DNA from: a virus | Lineage: Duplodnaviria > Caudoviricetes | Direction: 5' to 3' (one strand) | DNA: 51,336 nucleotides | IMG/VR virus record: IMGVR_UViG_3300022934_000028 | Span: 1 to 51,336 of that record | Part shown: positions 9,361-18,632 of the stretch, in pieces | How the letters are laid out: each line of letters starts with the position of its first letter | Position numbering within the stretch: position 1 is the stretch's first letter | Notes under the pieces: generated by a model | What the model was told of the DNA's origin: nothing | What the model saw: only the letters and a program-made list of their open reading frames with translations | The model's database searches: none | Position numbers and translations under genes: made by a program

Positions 9361-11175
9361 ATGGCAGATACATCTTTATTTAGAAGATTAAAGCGCTTAT
9401 TTTCTGGTCAAGCTGTAATTAGAAATATCGGTGGTAAGAAACTCAAGGTTTCCGATACATCTAAAATTCAGTCATATGGAACCAGAAACTTAATTGACCG
9501 ATATCACAGAATTCACAATGCTGGTCAATATGGATTTAGTGCTCAAAGTAATTACGATATGTATTCAGCTTTCCAACAAGCTAGATTACAACTATTTCGT
9601 GATTATGACTTGATGGATAATGACCCAATTATCGCATCAGTTCTAGATATATACGCAGATGAGTCAACGGTCAAAAATCCATTTAATGAAATCTTAACAA
9701 TTAAATCTGACAACGACCAAATACACGAAATCCTAACTAATCTATTTTACGACATATTAAACGTTGAATTCAATCTCTGGCCTTGGACAAGAAATATGTG
9801 CAAGTATGGAGATTTTTATTTATATCTAATGATACACCCAGAACACGGTGTTATGAATGTTGTTCCATTATCTGTATATGAAACAACAAGAGTAGAAGGT
9901 GACCTAGAAACTGGTAATCCATTTGCGGTCACCTTTAAACTTGATAGTGAACATTCTGTTGTTCAAAAGAAAGACTTTGAAAACTACGAAATTGCTCACT
10001 TCCGTCTTCTTTCCGATTCAAACTTCCTACCATACGGAAAGTCAATGTTAGAAGGTGGACGCAGAATCCACAAACAACTCAAGTTGATGGAAGACGCAAT
10101 GCTTATTCATCGTGTTACCCGCGCTCCCGATAAGAGAATATTTAAGGTAGATGTGGGTAACATCCCCCCGGGCGAAATTGACACATTTATGGAACGCATT
10201 ATCAATAGTGTCAAGAGACAACCATTGGTTGATGGTCAAACTGGTGACTATAATATGAAGTATAATATGCAAAACATATTGGAAGACTTCTATTTCCCAG
10301 TTCGTGGTAAAGATAGTGGAACCACTGTAGAAAACCTAAGCGGTCTTCAGTTCAATGCAATTGAAGATGTTGAGTATCTACTACACAAGTTGATGGCTGC
10401 CTTTAAAGTTCCAAAATCATTTATTGGATACGAAGAAGACACAAGTGGAAAGGCTACATTAGCCGCACAAGACGTTCGTTTTGCAAGAACAATTGAACGC
10501 ATCCAACGTATCGTGGTCAGTGAACTTAACAAGATTGCTATTGTTCATCTTTACACACTTGGATATCGTGACGAAGAGTTGGTTGATTTCAGCCTCTCAC
10601 TAACAAACCCATCTATGGTTTACGAGATGGAAAAAATTAATCTATGGAAAGAGAAAGCTGCCCTCGCTGACCAATTGGTTCAGGGTAGATTTGTTTCCCG
10701 TGAGTGGATTTATAAGAATGTTCTTGGTGTCACTGAAGAAGACATTATCATTGAACAGGCCAGTGTTATTGATGACGCTAAGTTTGAAGGTCAAGTTCAG
10801 AAGGTTACACAAGATGTTCTCAACCCACCACCCCCACCAGAAGCGGCTCCCGAAGGTGGTGCTCCGCCAGAAGGCGCTCCTCCCGTTGAGGAAGACGAAG
10901 ATATTTACAATGCCGAAAAAGCACTTGATGATGTTGAAACATTATTAGCCACTAGAAAGAAAATGGGTAGACCACCAGAAGGTCACAAGTATGGAACCGA
11001 CAAAGATAAGTTAGGTCGTGACCCACTTGGATATAAAGAAATATTGGGTGCTATGGATGTATTACCAAAAAATAAGAAAGCTGGTAAATCATACGTAGAC
11101 CCAAGATTACGAGAAGCATTGAAAGATTTAGATTTAAACCTAGATACTACTGATAGTGGTTTATTAAAAGATTAA
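9361..11175 (+). CDS. Portal protein (T4 gp20-like)
   Basis: LPYGKSMLE, LMEDAMLIHRVTRAPDKRIFKVDVGN, EDFYFPVRG and LAAQDVRFARTIERIQ are gp20-family motifs. Confidence 0.95.
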   Translation: MADTSLFRRLKRLFSGQAVIRNIGGKKLKVSDTSKIQSYGTRNLIDRYHRIHNAGQYGFSAQSNYDMYSAFQQARLQLFRDYDLMDNDPIIASVLDIYADESTVKNPFNEILTIKSDNDQIHEILTNLFYDILNVEFNLWPWTRNMCKYGDFYLYLMIHPEHGVMNVVPLSVYETTRVEGDLETGNPFAVTFKLDSEHSVVQKKDFENYEIAHFRLLSDSNFLPYGKSMLEGGRRIHKQLKLMEDAMLIHRVTRAPDKRIFKVDVGNIPPGEIDTFMERIINSVKRQPLVDGQTGDYNMKYNMQNILEDFYFPVRGKDSGTTVENLSGLQFNAIEDVEYLLHKLMAAFKVPKSFIGYEEDTSGKATLAAQDVRFARTIERIQRIVVSELNKIAIVHLYTLGYRDEELVDFSLSLTNPSMVYEMEKINLWKEKAALADQLVQGRFVSREWIYKNVLGVTEEDIIIEQASVIDDAKFEGQVQKVTQDVLNPPPPPEAAPEGGAPPEGAPPVEEDEDIYNAEKALDDVETLLATRKKMGRPPEGHKYGTDKDKLGRDPLGYKEILGAMDVLPKNKKAGKSYVDPRLREALKDLDLNLDTTDSGLLKD

Positions 11176-11228
11176 TGTTTTGGTGATGATAGACAATATT
11201 TAATATATAGACTTAGTGTAGGAAGACT

Positions 11229-12104
11229 ATGAGTATAAAACACAGTAAATACAAGAATACCGGAATACTTTTTGAATTACTAACCAGACAAATTGCGTCT
11301 GATATTTTAGCAGGTGTTAAAAACTCCAAGGCCATTCCCGTAGTAGAACGATATTTTAATAAGCACAAGGAATTGGGCAAAGAATTAATTTTATATCGTT
11401 CTTTTTTTAGTGGTAAAAAGTTATCCGAAACTAATGCTCTAGATTATATTACTGCACTAACAGAACAAAGAAAGAACTTAGATACAAGAAAGCTAAGAGA
11501 AGAAAAATATAATCTAGTAAAAGAAATCAAAGACAATTACGATTTACAAAAGTTTTTGTCAAATCGTGTTCCTTCATATAAAATTTATGCATCAGTGTAT
11601 AAAATCTTTGAGTCTGCACAACAAGGATATACATACGAAAATGTTCAAGAACTAAGTGAGTCAAAATATACCTTAGTTGAGTATCTTTGTGGTGAGGTTG
11701 AAAACAAACAAATCGTGGTTGAGAGCGAGGTGGTCAATACTTTAAGAGAACAAGAAGAAGACCTAAGATTATTAACCTATAAAATGATTCTAGAAAAGTT
11801 CAATAAAAAGTATAAGAACCTAAATGAACACCAAACTAATCTATTAAAAGAGTATTTGAATAATGCTTCTGACACCCAGTATTTATTAAACTTGGTCAAA
11901 ACAGAATCTATTATTCTATCAAGAGAACTAAAGTCAAAAGTTAAAAATGTGCATAATGAAGTAGAACAAATTAAATTACAGGAAGTTGTAAAGCAATTAG
12001 ATGGCTTTCAAACTCTCAACCACGTTAAAAATAATCACTTAACCGCTCTAATGATTGGTTATGAACTAAACAGTCAGTTAGATAATTTCCAAAGTCATGA
12101 CTGA
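11229..12104 (+). CDS. Helical head-module protein (possible prohead core component)
   Basis: 291-aa helical ORF (HSKYKNTGILFELL) between portal and protease, preceded by a variant of the late motif. Confidence 0.5.
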   Translation: MSIKHSKYKNTGILFELLTRQIASDILAGVKNSKAIPVVERYFNKHKELGKELILYRSFFSGKKLSETNALDYITALTEQRKNLDTRKLREEKYNLVKEIKDNYDLQKFLSNRVPSYKIYASVYKIFESAQQGYTYENVQELSESKYTLVEYLCGEVENKQIVVESEVVNTLREQEEDLRLLTYKMILEKFNKKYKNLNEHQTNLLKEYLNNASDTQYLLNLVKTESIILSRELKSKVKNVHNEVEQIKLQEVVKQLDGFQTLNHVKNNHLTALMIGYELNSQLDNFQSHD

Positions 12105-12546
12105 AGAAGAATTTAGAAAGTTAGTAAGAGAGATATTAGAAGATGAGATAGAAGAAATCAGTACTACTGCTAGTGTTGCTGTTTACTCTACCCCACACGC
12201 GTTCACGGGAAATAAGAAAAAAAATAAAGACAGACAAAAAAAGACCGCCAAAAAAAGTGGTTACAAATTAGCCGAATCGGTTAACAAACTTGACGAAGCA
12301 GTTTCAAGGTATAACAGATTTAAAAATGACCAAGAAAAAACATCTCGTCAAAAGATTGGGTTATCAATAAGAGAAGCAAAAAAAGCTATAAAAGAAATAG
12401 ACAGACAATTAAAAATATTAACAAGATATAAAAATGAGTTCCGATATAGCACGGACCACTACTGGAAACGTACTTTAAAGGATATTTATACTATTGAGAG
12501 GAAAGTACTGAAAATTTCCCAACGTCTCAGGGAGTTAAAATCATGA
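12097..12546 (+). CDS. Hypothetical head-module protein
   Basis: Acidic N-terminal helix (RKLVREILEDEIEE) followed by a basic region. Overlaps both neighbours. Confidence 0.5.
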   Translation: MTEEEFRKLVREILEDEIEEISTTASVAVYSTPHAFTGNKKKNKDRQKKTAKKSGYKLAESVNKLDEAVSRYNRFKNDQEKTSRQKIGLSIREAKKAIKEIDRQLKILTRYKNEFRYSTDHYWKRTLKDIYTIERKVLKISQRLRELKS

Positions 12547-13130
12547 GCAAGCTTTTAGTAGAAACAAATTTTATTCAATATGATAGTAATATCATCGCAG
12601 AGGCTAGAGATGTTTCTAGACCTCTCGTTTTACGTAATGTGGTTCTACAAAGAGCTAACGCCAAGAACCAAAATGGTCGTGTTTATCCAAGAGAAATCTT
12701 AATGAAAGAAGTTGCTCGTTATAGAACTGAGTTTGTAAATGAAAACAGAGCACTCGGTGAACTTGACCACCCAGAAAGCCCAGTAGTTAACCTAAGAAAT
12801 GTATGTGCCAATGTTACCCGTATTGATACAAAAGGTGACGATGTAGTTGGTGATATGCAGATTCTCTCAACACCTGCCGGAAACATTGTTCGTGAGTTGG
12901 TCAAGAACAATATTCGTCTTGGTGTTAGTAGTCGTGGTGTTGGTTCGGTCAAAAATATGGATGAAAATACATTAGAGGTTCAAGACGACTTCAACCTTAT
13001 TTGTTTTGATGTTGTTTCCAATCCATCTACACACGGCGCATTCATTAACGAATCCGTAACTCCCGGTCAAGTCCAAGTTCTTATGAATCTTGATTCTCTT
13101 ATTCACGATTTCTTATCCGAAGTAAGATGA
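12543..13130 (+). CDS. Prohead core protease (T4 gp21-like)
   Basis: NQNGRVYP, ALGELDHP, GVSSRGVGS and FDVVSNPSTHGAF motifs. Confidence 0.93.
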   Translation: MSKLLVETNFIQYDSNIIAEARDVSRPLVLRNVVLQRANAKNQNGRVYPREILMKEVARYRTEFVNENRALGELDHPESPVVNLRNVCANVTRIDTKGDDVVGDMQILSTPAGNIVRELVKNNIRLGVSSRGVGSVKNMDENTLEVQDDFNLICFDVVSNPSTHGAFINESVTPGQVQVLMNLDSLIHDFLSEVR

Positions 13131-13510
13131 CAAAAACCGAAGTCCTCTCCCGTCTAGAAACCCTCAACGAAGGGTCATATACCAGAAAGGTATTAGATAA
13201 ACTAGGCGATAGAATTATGGATAGTCTAGCAGAATACATTGCTAGTAATCCTGACTTTGATGTAAAGAACTTTTTTGATACTCATAAACAACTACAAGAG
13301 TTTGAGGTCTTAGAGCAACAGCTCCACCAAATGGCAGACAACAGAGTATCTGGTGAAATCAATGGTCAAATGATTGATGGTTTCTCTGCTTATATGGTGT
13401 CTAATGTGTTAAACAAATTAACCTACGAACAAAAGAAAAGTCTTCTTAAAAGACCTACCAACGAAATCGTAGCAATCGCATATAAATTAGCATCACGCAC
13501 GGAGTTCTAA
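13127..13510 (+). CDS. Hypothetical protein
   Basis: 127-aa ORF with an ATGA overlap to the protease gene. Confidence 0.55.
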   Translation: MTKTEVLSRLETLNEGSYTRKVLDKLGDRIMDSLAEYIASNPDFDVKNFFDTHKQLQEFEVLEQQLHQMADNRVSGEINGQMIDGFSAYMVSNVLNKLTYEQKKSLLKRPTNEIVAIAYKLASRTEF

Positions 13511-13511
13511 G

Positions 13512-14252
13512 TTGGACGCCGGACAGGTCATCAAGTCTTTTAAACCACAAAAGACTCTTGAACCCAAGATATGGAAAAACGATAAGTTAGACCCAAAGGT
13601 TAGAAAAGTATTGATGCGTGTCGCTGCTAATTTTATAGAAGGTTGGAAACTTAAAAACCCACCCAAAATCAAAGACATTAGATTTACAGGAAGTCTTGCT
13701 AACTATAACTGGTCAAAATTCTCAGACATTGACCTCCACGTTATCGTAGATTTTGACGAAGTGAATAAAGATACAGATTTAGTGGATAGGTTTTTCTCGT
13801 TTGCCAAATATAATTGGAACAAACAACACGATATTAATGTTGGTCCATACGAAATAGAAGTATATGTAGAGGACGATGGTGAAGACCACACAGCAACTGG
13901 TCTTTTTAGTGTAAAAGACAACAAGTGGTTAAAAGAGCCAAAACCAACTGATGCTGATTATGATGAAAAAGACATCATGGTCAAGGCTAAATACTTTTTT
14001 GACTTATACAAAATCTTACTCAATAAATTTAATAAAGGTGAGTATGATGAGGTCATCCAAGGTATAGAAAAAACAAAACAAAAAATACAAAAGATGAGAA
14101 CCAGTGGTTTACAAAAAGATGGTGAGTTCTCAACTGAAAATTTAGCATTCAAAGTTCTACGTAGAACGGAGTTATTAAACAAAATGAATGACTTACTTAT
14201 AAAATCAACAGACAAACAACTCGGTGAAGCCAAAAAGAGGCACAAAGGCTGA
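13512..14252 (+). CDS. Pol-beta superfamily nucleotidyltransferase
   Basis: FTGSLANYNWSKFSDIDLHV (GS..DxD) with a third acidic residue in EIEVYVE. TTG start 7 nt after GGAG. Confidence 0.8.
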   Translation: MDAGQVIKSFKPQKTLEPKIWKNDKLDPKVRKVLMRVAANFIEGWKLKNPPKIKDIRFTGSLANYNWSKFSDIDLHVIVDFDEVNKDTDLVDRFFSFAKYNWNKQHDINVGPYEIEVYVEDDGEDHTATGLFSVKDNKWLKEPKPTDADYDEKDIMVKAKYFFDLYKILLNKFNKGEYDEVIQGIEKTKQKIQKMRTSGLQKDGEFSTENLAFKVLRRTELLNKMNDLLIKSTDKQLGEAKKRHKG

Positions 14253-14290
14253 GGTGACAAATAGTGATTAGTTAATCACAAGGAGAAATT

Positions 14291-14641
14291 ATGTCAATTA
14301 CATATACTTGGACTTTTAATCCATTAGATGTGACCTATGAGTCAGCAAGTTTACAAAATGTCGTACACAATGTTCACTGGCAAGTAAGTGCTACAACAGA
14401 AGCTACATCAAGTCTTGGTGTCAGTGGTTCTTGGAATGCAAGAAACATTGGAACACAACATTTGGGTGCTGCAGATTCTGCCTCATTTACAGATTATGAT
14501 AGTCTAACACACGACCAAGTATTTGGTTGGGTAACCGAATCTATGGGTCAAGAACAATATGATAGTATTATTACAAATTTGAGTAGTTCATTATATAATC
14601 AATTAAATCCCACAACTGGAAGAATGAATCCACCTTGGTAA
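14291..14641 (+). CDS. Small virion or tail-fibre-associated protein
   Basis: AGGAG RBS. MSITYTW..VHNVHW..FTDYDSLT..QVFGWV..PPW pattern is common among phage small proteins. Confidence 0.55.
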   Translation: MSITYTWTFNPLDVTYESASLQNVVHNVHWQVSATTEATSSLGVSGSWNARNIGTQHLGAADSASFTDYDSLTHDQVFGWVTESMGQEQYDSIITNLSSSLYNQLNPTTGRMNPPW

Positions 14642-14652
14642 AGGAATAAGTT

Positions 14653-14874
14653 ATGTATGTAAAAGTTACAGGAAACACAGATGCGGATGTACAAAGAGCC
14701 ATTCGTATTTTCAACAAGAAAGTTAAAGAAGCCGGAATCATTCAAGAAATTTACGACCGCCGTGAATACGTAAAACCTTCGGTCAAGAAGAAACTAAAGA
14801 AGGAAGAGGCAATTCGCCGCCGTATTCGCGAAGACAAGAAAGAACAGAACCGAAGAAAATACAATAATAATTAA
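14653..14874 (+). CDS. rpsU: Phage-encoded 30S ribosomal protein bS21
   Basis: VKV..DVQRAIRIFNKKVKEAGIIQEIYDRREYVKPSVKKKLKKEEAIRR matches the bS21 pattern. 73 aa, basic. Confidence 0.9.
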   Translation: MYVKVTGNTDADVQRAIRIFNKKVKEAGIIQEIYDRREYVKPSVKKKLKKEEAIRRRIREDKKEQNRRKYNNN

Positions 14875-14987
14875 CGTTTTCACATTTAACGTAATACTTA
14901 TTATAAGATTACACCTATTTTTAGGTGGTATTTTTTTATTGTATACCCATTAAAGATTCTAATAATCTTTCAATACGAGAGGTCGAT

Positions 14988-16103
14988 ATGGCTAGTATTA
15001 CTAATGATCTTCTAAAGGAAGCAATTGCTGACGCAGAGCGTGTTCGTGAAACCGCTATCGCAAATGCAAAGATTCAATTAGAAGAGTCAATCGCACCAGC
15101 TATCAAAGAAGAGATTACAAAAGCTCTTAATGAAGCACATGACCCACACAAAGCTGCGGATGCTCATGGATATGCTGAAGTTGGTGAATCGGTTGAACCA
15201 GAAGGTGAAGCGGTTGAAGAAATCGCAAATGACGCTACATCCGGTATCGGAAGTAGTGACAACAAGGCTCCATCCCCAGCATCAAGTAAGTCTTCAGGTG
15301 TTGGAACAGGAAGTCAGGAATTCGAGAAATTCCACACAGGCGCTGAAGGTGCCGAAACTCCTCAACAAATGAAGGAAGAGAAAGAGGAAGATGATGAAGA
15401 CAAAGAAGAAGTAAATGAAGGTATCCTAGACCTAGAAGCTATCATCCGTGAACTACAAGCAGAAGTTGAAGAACTTGCCGGTGGTGCTCTTGATGAGGAA
15501 GATGATGAACTAGACATGGATATGGGTGATGAGGATGATGAAGACCTAGACCTTGGTGATGATGAACCAAGAGATGAACCAGAGATGGATCTAGGTGATG
15601 AAGAGGACGAAGAAGATGACCTTGATATTGAGGAAATTCTTCGCGAAATCGAAGCCGAGCTATCTGAGGAAGAAAATGTCCAAGAAGCTCAAGTGGCTGA
15701 GGAAAATGCAAGACTACAATCTGAGCTGGCCGAATATCGTAAGGCTGTAGAAATACTTCGTGGTAAGCTCAATGAAGTCAATCTTCTTAATGCTAAGTTA
15801 CTCTTTACAAACAAGCTGTTCAAAAACCGCGAACTCACAAAAGAACAGAAGGTTCATGTCGTTGAGACATTCGACCTTGCTACTACTCTTCGTGAGGTCA
15901 AGTTGCTTTATGCTACACTAAGTGAGGCAACAATTCCAGGCAAGACAGCTAAGAAGCAGGTGTCAACACAACAGGTCGTTACTGAAAGTATCGCATCTGG
16001 TGTTGTTGGGTCAACTGCTCCAACAAAAGAAGTTATCAAAGAAGACACAGGAGCTGACTTCCGCAGAAGAATGCAGGAGCTAGCCGGTGTCAAAGTACTT
16101 TAA
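14988..16103 (+). CDS. Prohead scaffold/core protein (gp22-like role)
   Basis: GAGAGG RBS then ATG at 14988. LLKEAIADA N-terminus, very acidic middle, LNEVNLLNAKLL, and RMQELAG C-terminus. Immediately upstream of the MCP. Confidence 0.8.
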   Translation: MASITNDLLKEAIADAERVRETAIANAKIQLEESIAPAIKEEITKALNEAHDPHKAADAHGYAEVGESVEPEGEAVEEIANDATSGIGSSDNKAPSPASSKSSGVGTGSQEFEKFHTGAEGAETPQQMKEEKEEDDEDKEEVNEGILDLEAIIRELQAEVEELAGGALDEEDDELDMDMGDEDDEDLDLGDDEPRDEPEMDLGDEEDEEDDLDIEEILREIEAELSEEENVQEAQVAEENARLQSELAEYRKAVEILRGKLNEVNLLNAKLLFTNKLFKNRELTKEQKVHVVETFDLATTLREVKLLYATLSEATIPGKTAKKQVSTQQVVTESIASGVVGSTAPTKEVIKEDTGADFRRRMQELAGVKVL

Positions 16104-16131
16104 TTTAACATTTAATTTCGGAGATTGAAAC

Positions 16132-17709
16132 ATGAGTGATGTATCAAGTTTTCTAACGGAAGCCGCTACAGCTCACCAACAGCTATCAAACGAAGCACGT
16201 AGAATGGCTGATAAGTGGGAAAAGAGTGGTCTTCTAGAAGGCCTAGAGGGTCATGAGAGAAACGGTATGGCCGTTCTTCTTGAGAACCAAGCAGGTCAGC
16301 TTCTTAACGAAGCATCAGCAACACAAACAACAGCCGGTCTAGAAAGCTGGGCTGGTGTTGCTCTTCCATTGGTCAGAAAGGTTCTTGGACAGATTGCTGC
16401 TAAGAACTTTGTTTCTGTACAACCAATGAACCTTCCAGCTGGACTAGTCTTCTTCATGGACTTCCAGTACAACAACGCACGTGGTGACCGTGCTGTAAAC
16501 GAGTCTATCTACGGAGTCACAAGTGGTAGTGGTGACCTACCAAGAGATGGTTTCTATGGCGCGGGTCGTTTCGGTTATTCAGTTAATGAACAAACCGCTA
16601 CTTTAGCTGGTGGAGTTGCAGTTACAACCGCATCTGCCGCCGACCTCAATTATGAGGAAACTTCATCTTCAACTGTTTATATGAGATATCAGATTTCTTC
16701 ATCTGACAGTGGATTCACACGCCCAGATTTAGAAGGTGTTCGTAGTTTTGTTCCATCTGGATCTGGTATTGATTTTGGATCAACATTCCTTCCACAATTT
16801 ACTGCACTAACTGCAGATAGAGCTTTCATTAATTTTGTAGCTCCAATTGATGGAACATTAGCAACAGTTGCATATAGTCAACAACCAGTTGAAACAAACC
16901 GTGGTGATTTTGAGGACAGAGATCCAATTCAGGGTGGAGAAACTCCTGACGGAACAAACCTCAACATTCCAGAAATCAACATTCAACTACGTAGCGAGAC
17001 AATCGCAGCTAAGACACGTAAGTTGAAAGCTGTCTGGTCACCAGAACTCGCTCAGGACCTCAACGCTTACCACAGTGTTGATGCTGAGGCTGAGTTAACA
17101 GCAATGTTAAGCGACCATATTTCTCTTGAGATTGACCTTGAGATTCTTGATATGCTTATCGTCAATGCTACAACAACTGACTACTGGTCAGCTCAAATTG
17201 GTAACGTTTGGAACGGAACCAGTTTTGATGCACAAACAAATGGAACCGCATGGACAAACATGACATGGTTCCAAACTCTCGGTCAGAAGATGCAGAGAGT
17301 TTCCAACAGAATTCACCAACTCACACTCCGTGGTGGTGCTAACTTCGCAGTTGTTTCTCCAACAGTTGCTACAATTCTTGAAACCATCCCAGGCTTCATG
17401 GCTGGAACAAATGGTGACAAGATGGAGTTTGCCGCTGGTGTTTCACAGGTTGGTTCATTCCAAAACCGCTTCACAATCTACAAGAACCCATACATGACAG
17501 AGAACATCGTCCTCATGGGCTTCCGTGGAGCAAACTTCCTAGAGACAGGTGCTGTGTACGCTCCGTACATTCCGCTCCTAATGACACCTCTAGTGTACGA
17601 CCCAGATAACTTCACACCAAGACGTGGTGTCATGACTCGCTACGCGAAGAAGATTGTCCGCCCAGAGTTCTTCGGTAAGATTGTTATTGACGGACTAGAA
17701 TTAGTCTAA
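16132..17709 (+). CDS. Major capsid protein (T4 gp23-like)
   Basis: KWEKSGLLEGL, VSVQPMNLPAGLVF, AKTRKLKAVWSPELAQDLNAYH, YAPYIPL and FTPRRGVMTRYA motifs. Confidence 0.97.
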   Translation: MSDVSSFLTEAATAHQQLSNEARRMADKWEKSGLLEGLEGHERNGMAVLLENQAGQLLNEASATQTTAGLESWAGVALPLVRKVLGQIAAKNFVSVQPMNLPAGLVFFMDFQYNNARGDRAVNESIYGVTSGSGDLPRDGFYGAGRFGYSVNEQTATLAGGVAVTTASAADLNYEETSSSTVYMRYQISSSDSGFTRPDLEGVRSFVPSGSGIDFGSTFLPQFTALTADRAFINFVAPIDGTLATVAYSQQPVETNRGDFEDRDPIQGGETPDGTNLNIPEINIQLRSETIAAKTRKLKAVWSPELAQDLNAYHSVDAEAELTAMLSDHISLEIDLEILDMLIVNATTTDYWSAQIGNVWNGTSFDAQTNGTAWTNMTWFQTLGQKMQRVSNRIHQLTLRGGANFAVVSPTVATILETIPGFMAGTNGDKMEFAAGVSQVGSFQNRFTIYKNPYMTENIVLMGFRGANFLETGAVYAPYIPLLMTPLVYDPDNFTPRRGVMTRYAKKIVRPEFFGKIVIDGLELV

Positions 17710-17740
17710 GATAACATCTGAAGTTGATGGATAAAAAAGA

Positions 17741-17774
17741 GGGGTGGGTCTTCGGACCCACCCCGATTTTTTTT
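17741..17774 (+). terminator. Intrinsic terminator after the MCP gene
   Basis: GGGGTGGGTC-TTCG-GACCCACCCC forms a 10-bp stem with a cUUCGg loop followed by a T8 tract. The upstream A-tract makes it potentially bidirectional. Confidence 0.92.
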
Positions 17775-17821
17775 AATTGTTACGTAACCTATTTATAACA
17801 AACAGTTAACGGAGAAATGTT

Positions 17822-18412
17822 ATGGCAAATGAAGTTGCAGAACAATTCGCAGGACTTCCTATTGAGGATTTGATTGTACAACCACTCGTTGGAATGGCTA
17901 AAGGTCAAGCACAATTAAATGATATCACTTGGAAGTATATCCAAGAAGTCGCATTTGAACCACAAGACGGAGACAAGAGTTCCGCTAGAAAGATTGATGT
18001 TCAGTTAAACAGGTATGTGCAAAATCCTGACACACAAGAACTAGAACTACAACAAATCAATTCTATGGTTCCCCTTCTACCACTCGTCCCCATTCCAGCA
18101 TTAGCAATCACATCTGCTGATATTCAGTTTACTATGGAAGTTAAGAGTTCTGAGATGTCAACCAGCTCAACCGATACTTCTTCTCAAGTAGACGCATCAG
18201 TTTCAGGTGGATTCTGGGGTGCTAAGTATTCGGTCAAGATGTCGGGTAAGGTTTCTACACACAAAGAAAACACCCGTAGCACAGACAACTCTGCTAAATA
18301 TGATGTTAAAGTTCACGCAGAACAACTACCACCAACCGAAGGAATGTTAAAGCTATCAGATATGATGCAAATGATGATGGACCCAGCAGTAGTACCTGCT
18401 CCAACTAGTTGA
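17822..18412 (+). CDS. DUF2589-like protein
   Basis: FAGLPIEDLIVQPL..AKGQAQL, VPLLPLVPIPALAI..IQFTMEV, and NTRSTDNSAKYDVKVHA..PTEGM..L. Confidence 0.75.
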   Translation: MANEVAEQFAGLPIEDLIVQPLVGMAKGQAQLNDITWKYIQEVAFEPQDGDKSSARKIDVQLNRYVQNPDTQELELQQINSMVPLLPLVPIPALAITSADIQFTMEVKSSEMSTSSTDTSSQVDASVSGGFWGAKYSVKMSGKVSTHKENTRSTDNSAKYDVKVHAEQLPPTEGMLKLSDMMQMMMDPAVVPAPTS

Positions 18413-18440
18413 CATCATTTAACAAAAGGGTTACATTAAT

Positions 18441-18632
18441 ATGGCAATGCCTTGTTTATCCTGTGGTCAGGATATTGGGTTAGACTTAGACTTTATCGTT
18501 AAGAATCCAACATCACAATGTCCACATTGTAACATTATTATGAGCTTCAATGTAAGTCCAGAATTAAAAAAGGAATACAGAGAAGTTACAAATCAGATAA
18601 ACAAGATTAAAAAACAATACGGGTTACGATAA
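18441..18632 (+). CDS. Small zinc-ribbon protein
   Basis: PCLSCG...QCPHC followed by a C-terminal helix. Confidence 0.7.
   Translation: MAMPCLSCGQDIGLDLDFIVKNPTSQCPHCNIIMSFNVSPELKKEYREVTNQINKIKKQYGLR

Noticed and set aside
14925-14987. GTG start for the scaffold gene at 14925
   Set aside because: The extension is not protein-like and lacks an RBS, whereas ATG 14988 has GAGAGG.
18409-18437. TTGACA-N17-TACATT promoter before the Zn-ribbon gene
   Set aside because: The -10 ends only 3 nt before ATG 18441, too close even for a leaderless transcript. It may be chance, or serve a downstream start.
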